The position numbers were made by a program, and so were the translations under genes. From a virus (lineage: Duplodnaviria > Caudoviricetes), in IMG/VR virus record IMGVR_UViG_3300006076_000615, positions 1-29,747 of that record: a stretch of 29,747 bases of DNA. One strand, 5' to 3'. Of this stretch, positions 16,525 to 24,474 are shown piece by piece. The stretch's first letter is position 1. Each line of letters starts with the position of its first letter. Under the pieces are notes generated by a model that saw only the letters and a list, made by a program, of their open reading frames with translations, searched no databases and was not told where the DNA came from.

Positions 16525-16878
16525 ATGGAAAACCAACACCGCAAGATCGCGGGCTACCGCGACCTGAGCCAGGAAGAAGTCGACCTGATGAATCGCATCA
16601 AGGCAGCCGGCGCCAACCTCCTGCAACTGCAGGCAGAACTCTACGGCCGTCTTGATACCGATCGAGAAACACTGCGCGACGCCGCCCGCCGCTCGGTCGA
16701 TGGCCAGGAGATCAATGGCTACCCCGCGACCGCGCACACCGGCGCTACGCCCGAGTGCATCGAGTTCCGCCGCTTCCAGGCAGCTGAGCCGCAGCGCTGG
16801 GCCGAGATCGGCAAGACCGACATCCAAACCGGAATCATGGCTCTGGTGCGCGCAGTCGCACAGCCGGCCGGCGTTTGA
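16525..16878 (+). CDS. acb2: Anti-CBASS protein Acb2 homologue (cyclic-oligonucleotide sponge)
   Basis: MENQHRKIAGYRDLSQEEVDLMNRIK...AEPQRWAEIGKTDIQTGIMALVRAVAQP closely matches the recalled Pseudomonas phage Acb2 sequence; SD AGGAG; start moved to ATG 16525. Confidence 0.9.
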   Translation: MENQHRKIAGYRDLSQEEVDLMNRIKAAGANLLQLQAELYGRLDTDRETLRDAARRSVDGQEINGYPATAHTGATPECIEFRRFQAAEPQRWAEIGKTDIQTGIMALVRAVAQPAGV

Positions 16879-17127
16879 TCCCCCAACACCACCCGCTAAG
16901 CGTTGAGCTAACCCGGCGGGCGGGTGGTGCCCGTGCCGCTTCGGTATGCCAATGCGTTAGCGCCGGTCCATCTCAGCCGGCAGATCAGGCGCGCCAACGC
17001 CCGGATCAAAGCGCGCACGGGTGAGTAAAGCGGTAGCCAGGTGGCCGGTGAATGCCGGCAGCCCTGCAAGCGGCGGGCCTCGCCGCGGGTGACAGAGAGG
17101 CCACACCTCAACTACGGAGCAACCACC

Positions 17128-17604
17128 ATGCAACTACCCGAAAACATCCACGCCGACACCCTCCCAGCCATCGGCGCCGATCTGGCCGGCGGCAAGCTGG
17201 TCACTCTCTACATGCTGGCCGGCGCTGAGTTCGCGCTGATCGACCTGGGCGCAGGCGCCGAGATCCAGGGAGCCTGGGGCGAGTACGGCCAGGAGGTCGA
17301 AACCACCCACGGCGATGGCGAGAAGAACACCCGCGCCATGGCAGAAGCGGGCAGCGCCATCGCCATTCAAGCGCTGGAAGCCGGTGCCTTCATCCCGGCA
17401 GCGCTGGAGTGCCATCTGCTGATGCATGCCAAGGAAACCGGCGTAATCGAAGACCTCCGCGAGGATCGCTTCTACTGGTCAAGTTCGCAGTATTCCGCCC
17501 ACCTCGCCTACAGCATGGTCTTCGAGGGTGGCTGGCAGCTCCTCAACGACAAGGACTACGGGCGCCCCGTGCGCCTCGTCCGCAAGATTCCCGTTATTCG
17601 CTGA
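17128..17604 (+). CDS. DGR target protein 1 (158 aa, C-type-lectin-like/DUF1566-like fold)
   Basis: SD GGAG; IP...E..LL, YWSSSQ and VRLVR motifs; VR1 at the C-terminus. Confidence 0.92.
   Translation: MQLPENIHADTLPAIGADLAGGKLVTLYMLAGAEFALIDLGAGAEIQGAWGEYGQEVETTHGDGEKNTRAMAEAGSAIAIQALEAGAFIPAALECHLLMHAKETGVIEDLREDRFYWSSSQYSAHLAYSMVFEGGWQLLNDKDYGRPVRLVRKIPVIR
17485..17584 (+). repeat. DGR variable repeat VR1
   Basis: 100-nt ungapped match to the TR with 14 mismatches, all at TR adenines. Confidence 0.97.
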
Positions 17605-17640
17605 TTCATTCCTTCACTGATTCTCATCGGAGGACACCCA

Positions 17641-18240
17641 ATGTCCCAGGAAATTTCCCTCAGCGTCGGCGGGTCGTCGCTGCGCACCAAAAGCCCCGCA
17701 CTGGCACTGCAAGTCCTGCAGCACCTGTGCCCAGATGTGGTTCGGCAGCTGCCCGCTCATTATTTTGGCAGTCTTGAAGTGGCTAAAGCCGAGAGCGGCA
17801 TGGCAATTGGCTCCCGCTTCGAGGGTTGTGTGATCTTCGCCCGCCACTGGGTCGGTGGTGTCGAGTACGCCTTGATTGACTTGGGCGCAGCTGCCGAGAT
17901 CAAGGGCGCCTGGGGCAAGCGCGATCAAGAGTTCGCCACTAATCACGGCGACGGCATTGCCAACACCACGGCCATGGCGGATGCCGGCAGTGACCTGGCA
18001 AAGCAGGCACTCGAAGCGGGCGCCTACATCCCCTCGGCGGCCGAGTGTCACTTGCTGATGTATGCCAAACAGATGGGGTTGGTAACGGACCTGCGCGAGG
18101 ACATCGCCTATTGGACGAGCTCGCAGTATTCCGCCTACAACGCCTACCTCATGGACTTCGAGGATGGCTGGCAGGGCTACGACGGCAAGCTCCTCGAGCG
18201 CCCCGTGCGCCTCGTCCGCAGGATTCCCATCATCCGCTGA
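17641..18240 (+). CDS. DGR target protein 2 (199 aa, paralogue of target 1)
   Basis: Shares ALIDLGA, GAWG, HGDG..NT.AMA.AGS, ECHLLM and DLRED with target 1; VR2 at the C-terminus; SD GGAGG. Confidence 0.92.
   Translation: MSQEISLSVGGSSLRTKSPALALQVLQHLCPDVVRQLPAHYFGSLEVAKAESGMAIGSRFEGCVIFARHWVGGVEYALIDLGAAAEIKGAWGKRDQEFATNHGDGIANTTAMADAGSDLAKQALEAGAYIPSAAECHLLMYAKQMGLVTDLREDIAYWTSSQYSAYNAYLMDFEDGWQGYDGKLLERPVRLVRRIPIIR
18121..18220 (+). repeat. DGR variable repeat VR2
   Basis: 100-nt ungapped match to the TR with 13 mismatches, all at TR adenines. Confidence 0.97.
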
Positions 18241-18356
18241 TCCATTGATTCATTCCTTCCTTTCACCGCAGGTGATTCCGGGGCTGGGTGGGCCAGCCAG
18301 ACCAGAAGCACGCCGGGCAGCGCCGGCCACCTGCACACCAACACAAGGAGGCCAGG

Positions 18357-18716
18357 ATGGCCATGCACACGGAGTTGCAGATCCACAAGGCTGCCGAGGA
18401 GCTTCTCGGCATAGCCCTGAATCTTGTGCGCAATATCCCGCGCGATCTTAAGCAAGTGGTCGGTGCCAAGCTGCGCGATGAGTGCCTGCAGGTGCTCGTG
18501 CTCATCGGGCGCGCCAATATGGCGCGCAACAAGCTGCCCCACCTCAACCAGCTGCTCGAAAGCATCTGGATGATCAACTACCTCCTGCGCGCCCTCACCA
18601 ACCAGGGCGTAATCGCCAAGGCGCAGCACGCCAAGACCATGCAGGCAACCGACAGCATCGGCCGGCAGGCCAACGCCTGGAAAAAGAGCATCACCGCAAC
18701 CGCGCCCGATGCATGA
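18357..18716 (+). CDS. avd: DGR accessory variability determinant (four-helix bundle)
   Basis: 119 aa, basic and helical; IPRDLKQVVG and IGRQANAW; SD AAGGAGG; directly upstream of TR and RT. Confidence 0.88.
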   Translation: MAMHTELQIHKAAEELLGIALNLVRNIPRDLKQVVGAKLRDECLQVLVLIGRANMARNKLPHLNQLLESIWMINYLLRALTNQGVIAKAQHAKTMQATDSIGRQANAWKKSITATAPDA

Positions 18717-18839
18717 GGGTTACGGCCCTCATGCCTGTGCGCTGAATCTGGTCGTGCCGCTGGCCATCCGGCCACCGCCAAGCGCAGCAGAGATACCGCC
18801 GATCTAAAGCGTTCGGGCTGGTCTCGCGCAGTTTCCCGG

Positions 18840-20087
18840 TTGAGCAATCGCCTGGGCGACGTTGATAGCACGGCAGGTCGCAGTATTCCGCCAACAACGC
18901 CTACAACATGGACTTCGAGAATGGCTGGCAGAACAACAACGACAAGAACAACGAGCGCCCCGTGCGCCTCGTCCGCAGATCCAACGGTTGCACCCTTCAC
19001 CTTCGAGCAGTTGGCCCAGGCCTACTACGACTGTCGCCGCAACAAGCGCAACACCAACAGCGCGCGGCATTTCGAGTTGAACATGGAAGCCAACCTGCTC
19101 GACCTACACGACGAGCTTCTGGACGGCACCTACCAGCCAGGCCGCTCGATATGCTTCGTGGTTACCCGGCCCAAGGCGCGGGAGGTGTGGGCCGCCGACT
19201 TCCGCGACCGCATAGTGCACCACCTCCTGTACAACCAGATCGGCGCCGGCATTGAGGCGACATTCATCGCCGACAGCTGCGCCTGCATCCCAGGGCGCGG
19301 CACCCTCTACGCCGCCAAGCGACTGGAGTCCAAGGTGCGCAGCGCGACGCAGAACTGGTCGCAGCCATGCCACTATCTGAAGGCGGACCTGGCTAACTTC
19401 TTCGTGGCTATCGATAAGCGCGTGTTGGATCGCCAGCTACGCCGGCTGATCGACGAGCCCTGGTGGCGGCGCTTGGCGCTGCAGATCCTCTGGCACGACC
19501 CGCGCGAAAACGCCAGCATGCGCTGCCCTATTCACCTGTTGAACCGGGTGCCCCAGCACAAGCGCCTGACTGCTCAGCCGGCGCACCTCGGGTTACCCAT
19601 CGGCAACCTCTCGTCGCAGTTCTTCGCCAACGTCTACTTGAACGCCCTGGATCGGTTCGCAAAGCACGAGCTCAAGGCGCGGCACTACATCAGATACGTG
19701 GACGACTTCGTGCTGCTGCACGAATCACCGCAGCAGCTCAACGTTTGGATCGCAGAGATAGAAGCCTTCCTGCCGACGCTGGGCGCTCGCCTCAATCCAA
19801 CGAAAACCATCCTGCAGCCGGTAGCGCGCGGCATCGACTTCGTTGGCCAGGTGATCAAACCCTGGCGACGTAGCACGCGCCGCAAGACGGTTTCCGAGGC
19901 AACCATGCGCATCGCCGTCGCACCCGACGACGAACTACTGGCTACTGCCAACAGCTACTTCGGCCTGCTCGGTCAAGCCACTGCAAGCCATCACGAGCGA
20001 GCCCAGATCGCACGCCTGCTGCTGCGGCGTGGCTACACCGTCAACGCAGCCCTTACCCAGACCTACCGAAAGCGAGGTGCACCATGA
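18840..20087 (+). CDS. DGR reverse transcriptase (start codon uncertain)
   Basis: RDRIVHH, KADLANFF, GLPIGNLSSQFFAN (DGR-type SQ motif), YIRYVDDF, GIDFVG. Confidence 0.96.
   Translation: MSNRLGDVDSTAGRSIPPTTPTTWTSRMAGRTTTTRTTSAPCASSADPTVAPFTFEQLAQAYYDCRRNKRNTNSARHFELNMEANLLDLHDELLDGTYQPGRSICFVVTRPKAREVWAADFRDRIVHHLLYNQIGAGIEATFIADSCACIPGRGTLYAAKRLESKVRSATQNWSQPCHYLKADLANFFVAIDKRVLDRQLRRLIDEPWWRRLALQILWHDPRENASMRCPIHLLNRVPQHKRLTAQPAHLGLPIGNLSSQFFANVYLNALDRFAKHELKARHYIRYVDDFVLLHESPQQLNVWIAEIEAFLPTLGARLNPTKTILQPVARGIDFVGQVIKPWRRSTRRKTVSEATMRIAVAPDDELLATANSYFGLLGQATASHHERAQIARLLLRRGYTVNAALTQTYRKRGAP
18878..18977 (+). repeat. DGR template repeat TR
   Basis: AAC-rich copy (8 AAC + 1 AAT codons in the VR frame, 30 adenines) with a GC-rich 3' end shared with both VRs. 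Confidence 0.97.
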
Positions 20088-20338
20088 CCGCCTTCACCAA
20101 AGCCCGCGAATCCATCGCCGAGCTGCTCGACGCGATGCGCCACACCAATCAGGCGCGAATGGCAGCCGAGGTGCGCACCCGGCAGCCCGCGCCGCGCGCC
20201 ACCAAGCTCTACGCATGCGGCAGTGACTGGCAAGTGCTGGATGCAGATACCGGCCGCCTTCTGGCTTGGCGGCAGAGCCAGCATGAAGCCGCCGAGCTGG
20301 CCACCCGCCTTGAGCTCGGCCTGCAACTGCATCACTGA
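20084..20338 (+). CDS. Hypothetical phage protein
   Basis: ATGA overlap with the RT stop; SD GAGG. Confidence 0.7.
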   Translation: MTAFTKARESIAELLDAMRHTNQARMAAEVRTRQPAPRATKLYACGSDWQVLDADTGRLLAWRQSQHEAAELATRLELGLQLHH

Positions 20339-20348
20339 GGCCGCCATC

Positions 20349-20813
20349 ATGACCCCTACACCGCACTTTCGCTCGCATGCCGAGCAACGGGCCGCACTTG
20401 GCTGCGCAGCTGACCTCGACCCTCTGAAGCACCCTCGCCGCTTCGCCAGGCAGCAGGCACAGGAGAAGTTCAGGCCAACCAAGCGCTGCCCGCAGCCCAT
20501 AAGCGACGCGCGCGCACCTGAGCTGCTCGAGAGAGCCAGAGCCGTGACGCACCTAGGCATCGTCGAGGCGGCCCGCGCGCTTGGCGTCAGCCGTGGCGTG
20601 CTCAATCGCCTGCGCGATGACTACGACCTGGACTTCTCCCAACCTGCAGGCCGCAGCGGGGCCAGCCGCGTCAAAGCCCTGGCCGGTTCCAATCCGACTA
20701 TGAAGGAACTCGCCGAGGCAGCAGGCCTTACCTACAACCACACCTACAAGCTCTGCAAGCTGCACGGCATCGAACCCGGAGTGCCCTATGGCCAAGACCC
20801 AAAAGGAACGTGA
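20349..20813 (+). CDS. Hypothetical double-HTH DNA-binding protein
   Basis: IVEAARALGVSRGVLNRL and MKELAEAAGLTYNHTYKL; start moved to ATG 20349. Confidence 0.65.
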   Translation: MTPTPHFRSHAEQRAALGCAADLDPLKHPRRFARQQAQEKFRPTKRCPQPISDARAPELLERARAVTHLGIVEAARALGVSRGVLNRLRDDYDLDFSQPAGRSGASRVKALAGSNPTMKELAEAAGLTYNHTYKLCKLHGIEPGVPYGQDPKGT

Positions 20814-21093
20814 CGATGCCGCCGCCCAGCGGCGCAAGGGCGCCCAAGAGGTAGAACTACGCCACCGCGTGCGCCCGGGCATCCTCGCCGAACTGATGGA
20901 ATGGGGCGAACACACCGAGCGCACCGAATGCCTGCAAACGCTGCTGCTCAACGTCCACGCCCTGGGCCGCGACCAGGCCGCCGCACTGCTGCAACCGCCG
21001 CGCCACGAAATCCACATATCCCCAACCGTGGCGCGCCAGCTCTACCAGCAAGGCGCCGAACAAGCCGGGCGGCTGGATCGGCAGGAGCAGTAA
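20788..21093 (+). CDS. Hypothetical phage protein
   Basis: SD GGAG; continues the operon. Confidence 0.7.
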   Translation: MAKTQKERDDAAAQRRKGAQEVELRHRVRPGILAELMEWGEHTERTECLQTLLLNVHALGRDQAAALLQPPRHEIHISPTVARQLYQQGAEQAGRLDRQEQ

Positions 21094-21178
21094 GCCGCCT
21101 GGCCAATCAAATGGCCGTCAATTGACCATCAAATGAGCCCATCGCCAGCAGCGCAACGGGCTGCTATTGGAGAAAGCT

Positions 21179-21970
21179 ATGAGCCGGCAGGTGGGAATCA
21201 TCAAGCCTGACTCACGCATCGTTGTGCAGTTCAGCTGTGGGGCGGCCTCGGCTGTTGCCGGAAAGCTGGCCCAGGCTGAGTTCGGAGACTCTCACGATGT
21301 ACAGTTCGTGAATGCCTTCCTGGCCAATGAGCACGAAGATAACCGGCGTTTTCTAGCTGATGCCGAAGTCTGTTATCAACAGCCAATCACTGTGCTGCGC
21401 GACGAGAAATACGGGGCCAACGTTATTGATGTGTTTCTGCGTGAGCGATACATCAAGAATCGCCGCGGTGCCTGCTGCACAAAGCTGCTGAAGCGGCGCC
21501 TTCTGGACACCTGGAAACAACCAGGCGACGTGATGGTTTTCGGCTTCACGGCAGAAGAAGAAGACCGGTTTGCTGATTTCGTAGAGCGCAATCCAGATCG
21601 GCCCGCTATCGCCCCACTGATTGAGCGTGGCTTGGGCAAGGCCGATTGCAAAGCCCTGCTCGAGCGCGCCGGCCTGGAACTCCCCTTGATGTACCGCCTG
21701 GGCTATTCGAATGCGAACTGCAAAGGCTGCGTGAAGGGTGGCGAAGGCTACTTTCGCGCGATTCGCCAGGACTTCCCCGATGACTTCGAAGCCCTTTGCA
21801 AGGTGATGGACGAGCTTGGCCCAGGCTCCTACCTGTTCCGCGATCGCACAACCAACGTGCGCTGGCATCTGCGAGACCTTCCAGATGGCCCCATCAACCG
21901 TAACGAAGAGATCCCGGCCTGCAGCTTCTTCTGCGAGATGGCCGAGGCCGACATCATTCAGCGGGAATAG
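21179..21970 (+). CDS. PAPS-reductase-like (adenine nucleotide alpha hydrolase) protein
   Basis: PP-loop-like FSCGAASAVA, CCTKLLK, NCKGCVKGG, C-terminal CSFFC. Confidence 0.7.
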   Translation: MSRQVGIIKPDSRIVVQFSCGAASAVAGKLAQAEFGDSHDVQFVNAFLANEHEDNRRFLADAEVCYQQPITVLRDEKYGANVIDVFLRERYIKNRRGACCTKLLKRRLLDTWKQPGDVMVFGFTAEEEDRFADFVERNPDRPAIAPLIERGLGKADCKALLERAGLELPLMYRLGYSNANCKGCVKGGEGYFRAIRQDFPDDFEALCKVMDELGPGSYLFRDRTTNVRWHLRDLPDGPINRNEEIPACSFFCEMAEADIIQRE

Positions 21971-21974
21971 CGCA

Positions 21975-22172
21975 ATGACCCACTACCCCAAAGGCGGACG
22001 CTGCAGCGCCTGCACCAAGCGCCTGGACAACTGCTCTTACCTGCCCTTCCACACCATGCCCGTACACCGTCAAGACGGCACAGACGTGGTGGTGATCTGC
22101 ACCCAGTTCGTGCCAGCAGCAGGCGAGCGCGGCAAGCCATTCCTAAACCCACGGCGCGGCCGGAGGCTGTAA
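21975..22172 (+). CDS. Small Cys-rich hypothetical protein
   Basis: MTHYPKGGRCSAC...VVICTQF; TAATG overlap with the methyltransferase. Confidence 0.65.
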   Translation: MTHYPKGGRCSACTKRLDNCSYLPFHTMPVHRQDGTDVVVICTQFVPAAGERGKPFLNPRRGRRL

Positions 22173-24010
22173 TGCAGCAAATCAAATACGGCAGCGTCTG
22201 CAGCGGCATCGAGGCAGCCAGCTGTTCCTGGCACCCACTCGGCTGGCGGGCTGAATGGTTCGCAGAGATTGAACCCTTCCCGTCCGCCGTCCTGGCGCAC
22301 CGCTGGCCTGAGGTCACCAACCACGGCGACATGACCAAGCTCGCCGCCAAGGTGCTAGCTGGCACCATCAGCGCCCCGGATGTTCTGGTAGGCGGCACAC
22401 CCTGCCAGGCGTTCAGCGTGGCAGGCATGCGCCAGGGTCTGCTAGACCCGCGCGGCGCCCTCACCATCAAATATGTGGAGCTTGCAGATGCAGTTGACCA
22501 TGTTCGACCAGCAGGCGACGAATGCATCGTCGTCTGGGAAAACGTCCCCGGTGTCCTCTCCGATAAAGGTAACGCGTTCGGCTGCTTCCTCGGCGCCCTG
22601 GTGGGCGAATCCGATGCGCTCCAGCCGTCAGGGGGAAAATGGACGGACGCTGGTTGTGTGTATGGCCCCCGCCGATCAGCAGCATGGCGGGTGCTGGATG
22701 CCCAATATTTCGGCCTGGCCCAACGACGCCGCCGTGTGTTCGTTGTCGCAAGTGCTCGAGCAGGGTTCGATCCCGCACCGGTACTTTTTGAGTCCGAAGG
22801 CGTGCGCCGGGATCATCCGCCGCGCCGAGGCCAGGGGCAAGACCTTACCGGCCACGCTCCTTTCCGCCCTGCGCTCCAGTGCGGATGCGGATGCACCTTC
22901 GACGAGCAGCTAGGCAACTACGGTTGCCCGAACTGCGAGGGCGACGAAGGCCCGGCCGTCAGCGTCATTGCTGGCGTGCCTGCCTTCGGCGGCCACAGCT
23001 TGGGCGGATCGGTTAAACAGGCCGCCACCCTAACCGCAAAAGACACCCGCATGGATATGGAGAGCGAGACATTTTTCGTAGCTCCGACCATTGCGGGTGG
23101 CGCCAGGAAGGCAGGCGGATACTCCCTCGACGATATCCCCCTTACCGCTGGAACCCTGACGCGCGAAGCGTTCAGCGGCGGCGCTGGTGGACGTCCAGAA
23201 GGCGCAGCCGCAGGGCACTTCATCCCTGTCACAGCCAAACCCCTGACGACCAAGGCCGGGAATGCTGATCGCGAGGACAGCATGAATTTGGTGGTCGGCA
23301 CACTGCTGGCCAACGGCAAAGCCGCCGGCAGCGCCACCCAGCAGGATGCGGAGAGCGGCCTTCTGGTTGTTCATGGCGCGCAAGATCCATGCGTCAATGA
23401 CAATATCGCTCATGCCCTTGGCAGAAACCATGGCCAAGAGAACGCCGTGCTGGCGTTCTCCTGTAAGGACTACGGCGCCGATGCAACAACCGATCTGTCG
23501 CCTACCCTGCGAGCCATGGGCCACGGTGAAAGCCACGCCAACGCCGGCGGCCAAGTGGCAGTGTGCGTCACTGGTGATATCACTCACACGCTGAAGGTTG
23601 AAGGGTTCGACGCAAGCGAAGACGGCACGGGGCGCGGTCAGCCGATAGTCGCCGATATCTCACCTACCTTGCGCGCCGGGAATCAGCGCAACAACAGCAA
23701 TGCTGCAACTGAAGCGGAAATGCTGGTGGGAGGATCTTCCGTTCGCCGCCTCACCCCGCGCGAGTGCGAGCGCCTGCAGGGCTTCCCCGACGACTACACG
23801 CTGATCCCATATGGCCGAGCAATTCGGCCCGAGAAACTGGATGCGGACTTCGCCAAGTACCTGATGCGCGGCGGCCAGATGACCTTCGAGCAGTGCTTGC
23901 AGGCCGCTGCCGACGGCCCGCGCTACAAGGCCATCGGCAATAGCAAGGCCGTCCCTGTGGTGCGCTGGATTGGTAAGCGCATTCAGCGCGAGCTGGAGCG
24001 TGCCCAATGA
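22172..24010 (+). CDS. DNA cytosine-C5 methyltransferase with an expanded variable region
   Basis: SVCSGIE, GGTPCQAFS, WENVPG, QRRRRVF, RRLTPRECERLQGFPD, YKAIGNS. Confidence 0.95.
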   Translation: MQQIKYGSVCSGIEAASCSWHPLGWRAEWFAEIEPFPSAVLAHRWPEVTNHGDMTKLAAKVLAGTISAPDVLVGGTPCQAFSVAGMRQGLLDPRGALTIKYVELADAVDHVRPAGDECIVVWENVPGVLSDKGNAFGCFLGALVGESDALQPSGGKWTDAGCVYGPRRSAAWRVLDAQYFGLAQRRRRVFVVASARAGFDPAPVLFESEGVRRDHPPRRGQGQDLTGHAPFRPALQCGCGCTFDEQLGNYGCPNCEGDEGPAVSVIAGVPAFGGHSLGGSVKQAATLTAKDTRMDMESETFFVAPTIAGGARKAGGYSLDDIPLTAGTLTREAFSGGAGGRPEGAAAGHFIPVTAKPLTTKAGNADREDSMNLVVGTLLANGKAAGSATQQDAESGLLVVHGAQDPCVNDNIAHALGRNHGQENAVLAFSCKDYGADATTDLSPTLRAMGHGESHANAGGQVAVCVTGDITHTLKVEGFDASEDGTGRGQPIVADISPTLRAGNQRNNSNAATEAEMLVGGSSVRRLTPRECERLQGFPDDYTLIPYGRAIRPEKLDADFAKYLMRGGQMTFEQCLQAAADGPRYKAIGNSKAVPVVRWIGKRIQRELERAQ

Positions 24011-24474
24011 GCCGCCGCAAGCCCAACAACCAGCGCGCCCGGCTGGAGCGATCCTGCCGGGCCATCCTGAGCAGCAACCACGTTGCAGTGGTGAGCATCA
24101 GCCCGAGCGGCTGGCAGGGCATGGTCAACTGGAAGTTGGCCAAACGCATTCCGCCCGGGCGCCAGGTGGCCAATGCCCTCTGCGATATCCCGCATCGCTG
24201 GACGATCTACGTTGCCGGCCTGTGCGTGGATTGGTCTGGCAATCGGTACATGAAGAGCATCGAGGCCATGCCCGATGGCAACTATCTGGCCGCACACCTG
24301 ACGGACGTGATCGAAACCTGCGTGCTCGACCAGCGCGCCACCTGCAACCCGCGTGACCTGATCGGCTCTGGCTGGATCGCCATTCCTGCCCAGGTATCCC
24401 TGACCGAAGAACAGGCCTACCGCATATTCGATCTGGTCGGTGCCTGGAATCAGGTTCAGCAGGTGAGCGCATGA
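24007..24474 (+). CDS. Hypothetical phage protein
   Basis: ATGA overlaps at both ends. Confidence 0.75.
   Translation: MSRRKPNNQRARLERSCRAILSSNHVAVVSISPSGWQGMVNWKLAKRIPPGRQVANALCDIPHRWTIYVAGLCVDWSGNRYMKSIEAMPDGNYLAAHLTDVIETCVLDQRATCNPRDLIGSGWIAIPAQVSLTEEQAYRIFDLVGAWNQVQQVSA

Larger units (their letters stand above)
17128..20087 (+). mobile_element. Diversity-generating retroelement (target 1 - target 2 - avd - TR - RT)
   Basis: All canonical components present; TR/VR mismatches occur only at adenines. Confidence 0.97.

Noticed and set aside
17485-18977. Three 100-nt repeats as a CRISPR array or simple duplication
   Set aside because: Mismatches occur only at adenines, and avd and RT are adjacent, which identifies TR/VR
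18908-19255. ORF starting in the TR frame (MDFENGWQNNND...) as a third target gene
   Set aside because: It is the TR read in the VR frame running into out-of-frame RT sequence; no lectin scaffold
18840-20087. RT as a group II intron, retron or Abi RT
   Set aside because: No maturase/endonuclease extension or retron VTG motif; has the DGR-type SQ motif with TR, VR and avd
21100-21135. Palindrome GTCAATTGAC flanked by two ATCAAATG copies
   Set aside because: Single occurrence, does not match the operator, no supporting -10; may be chance
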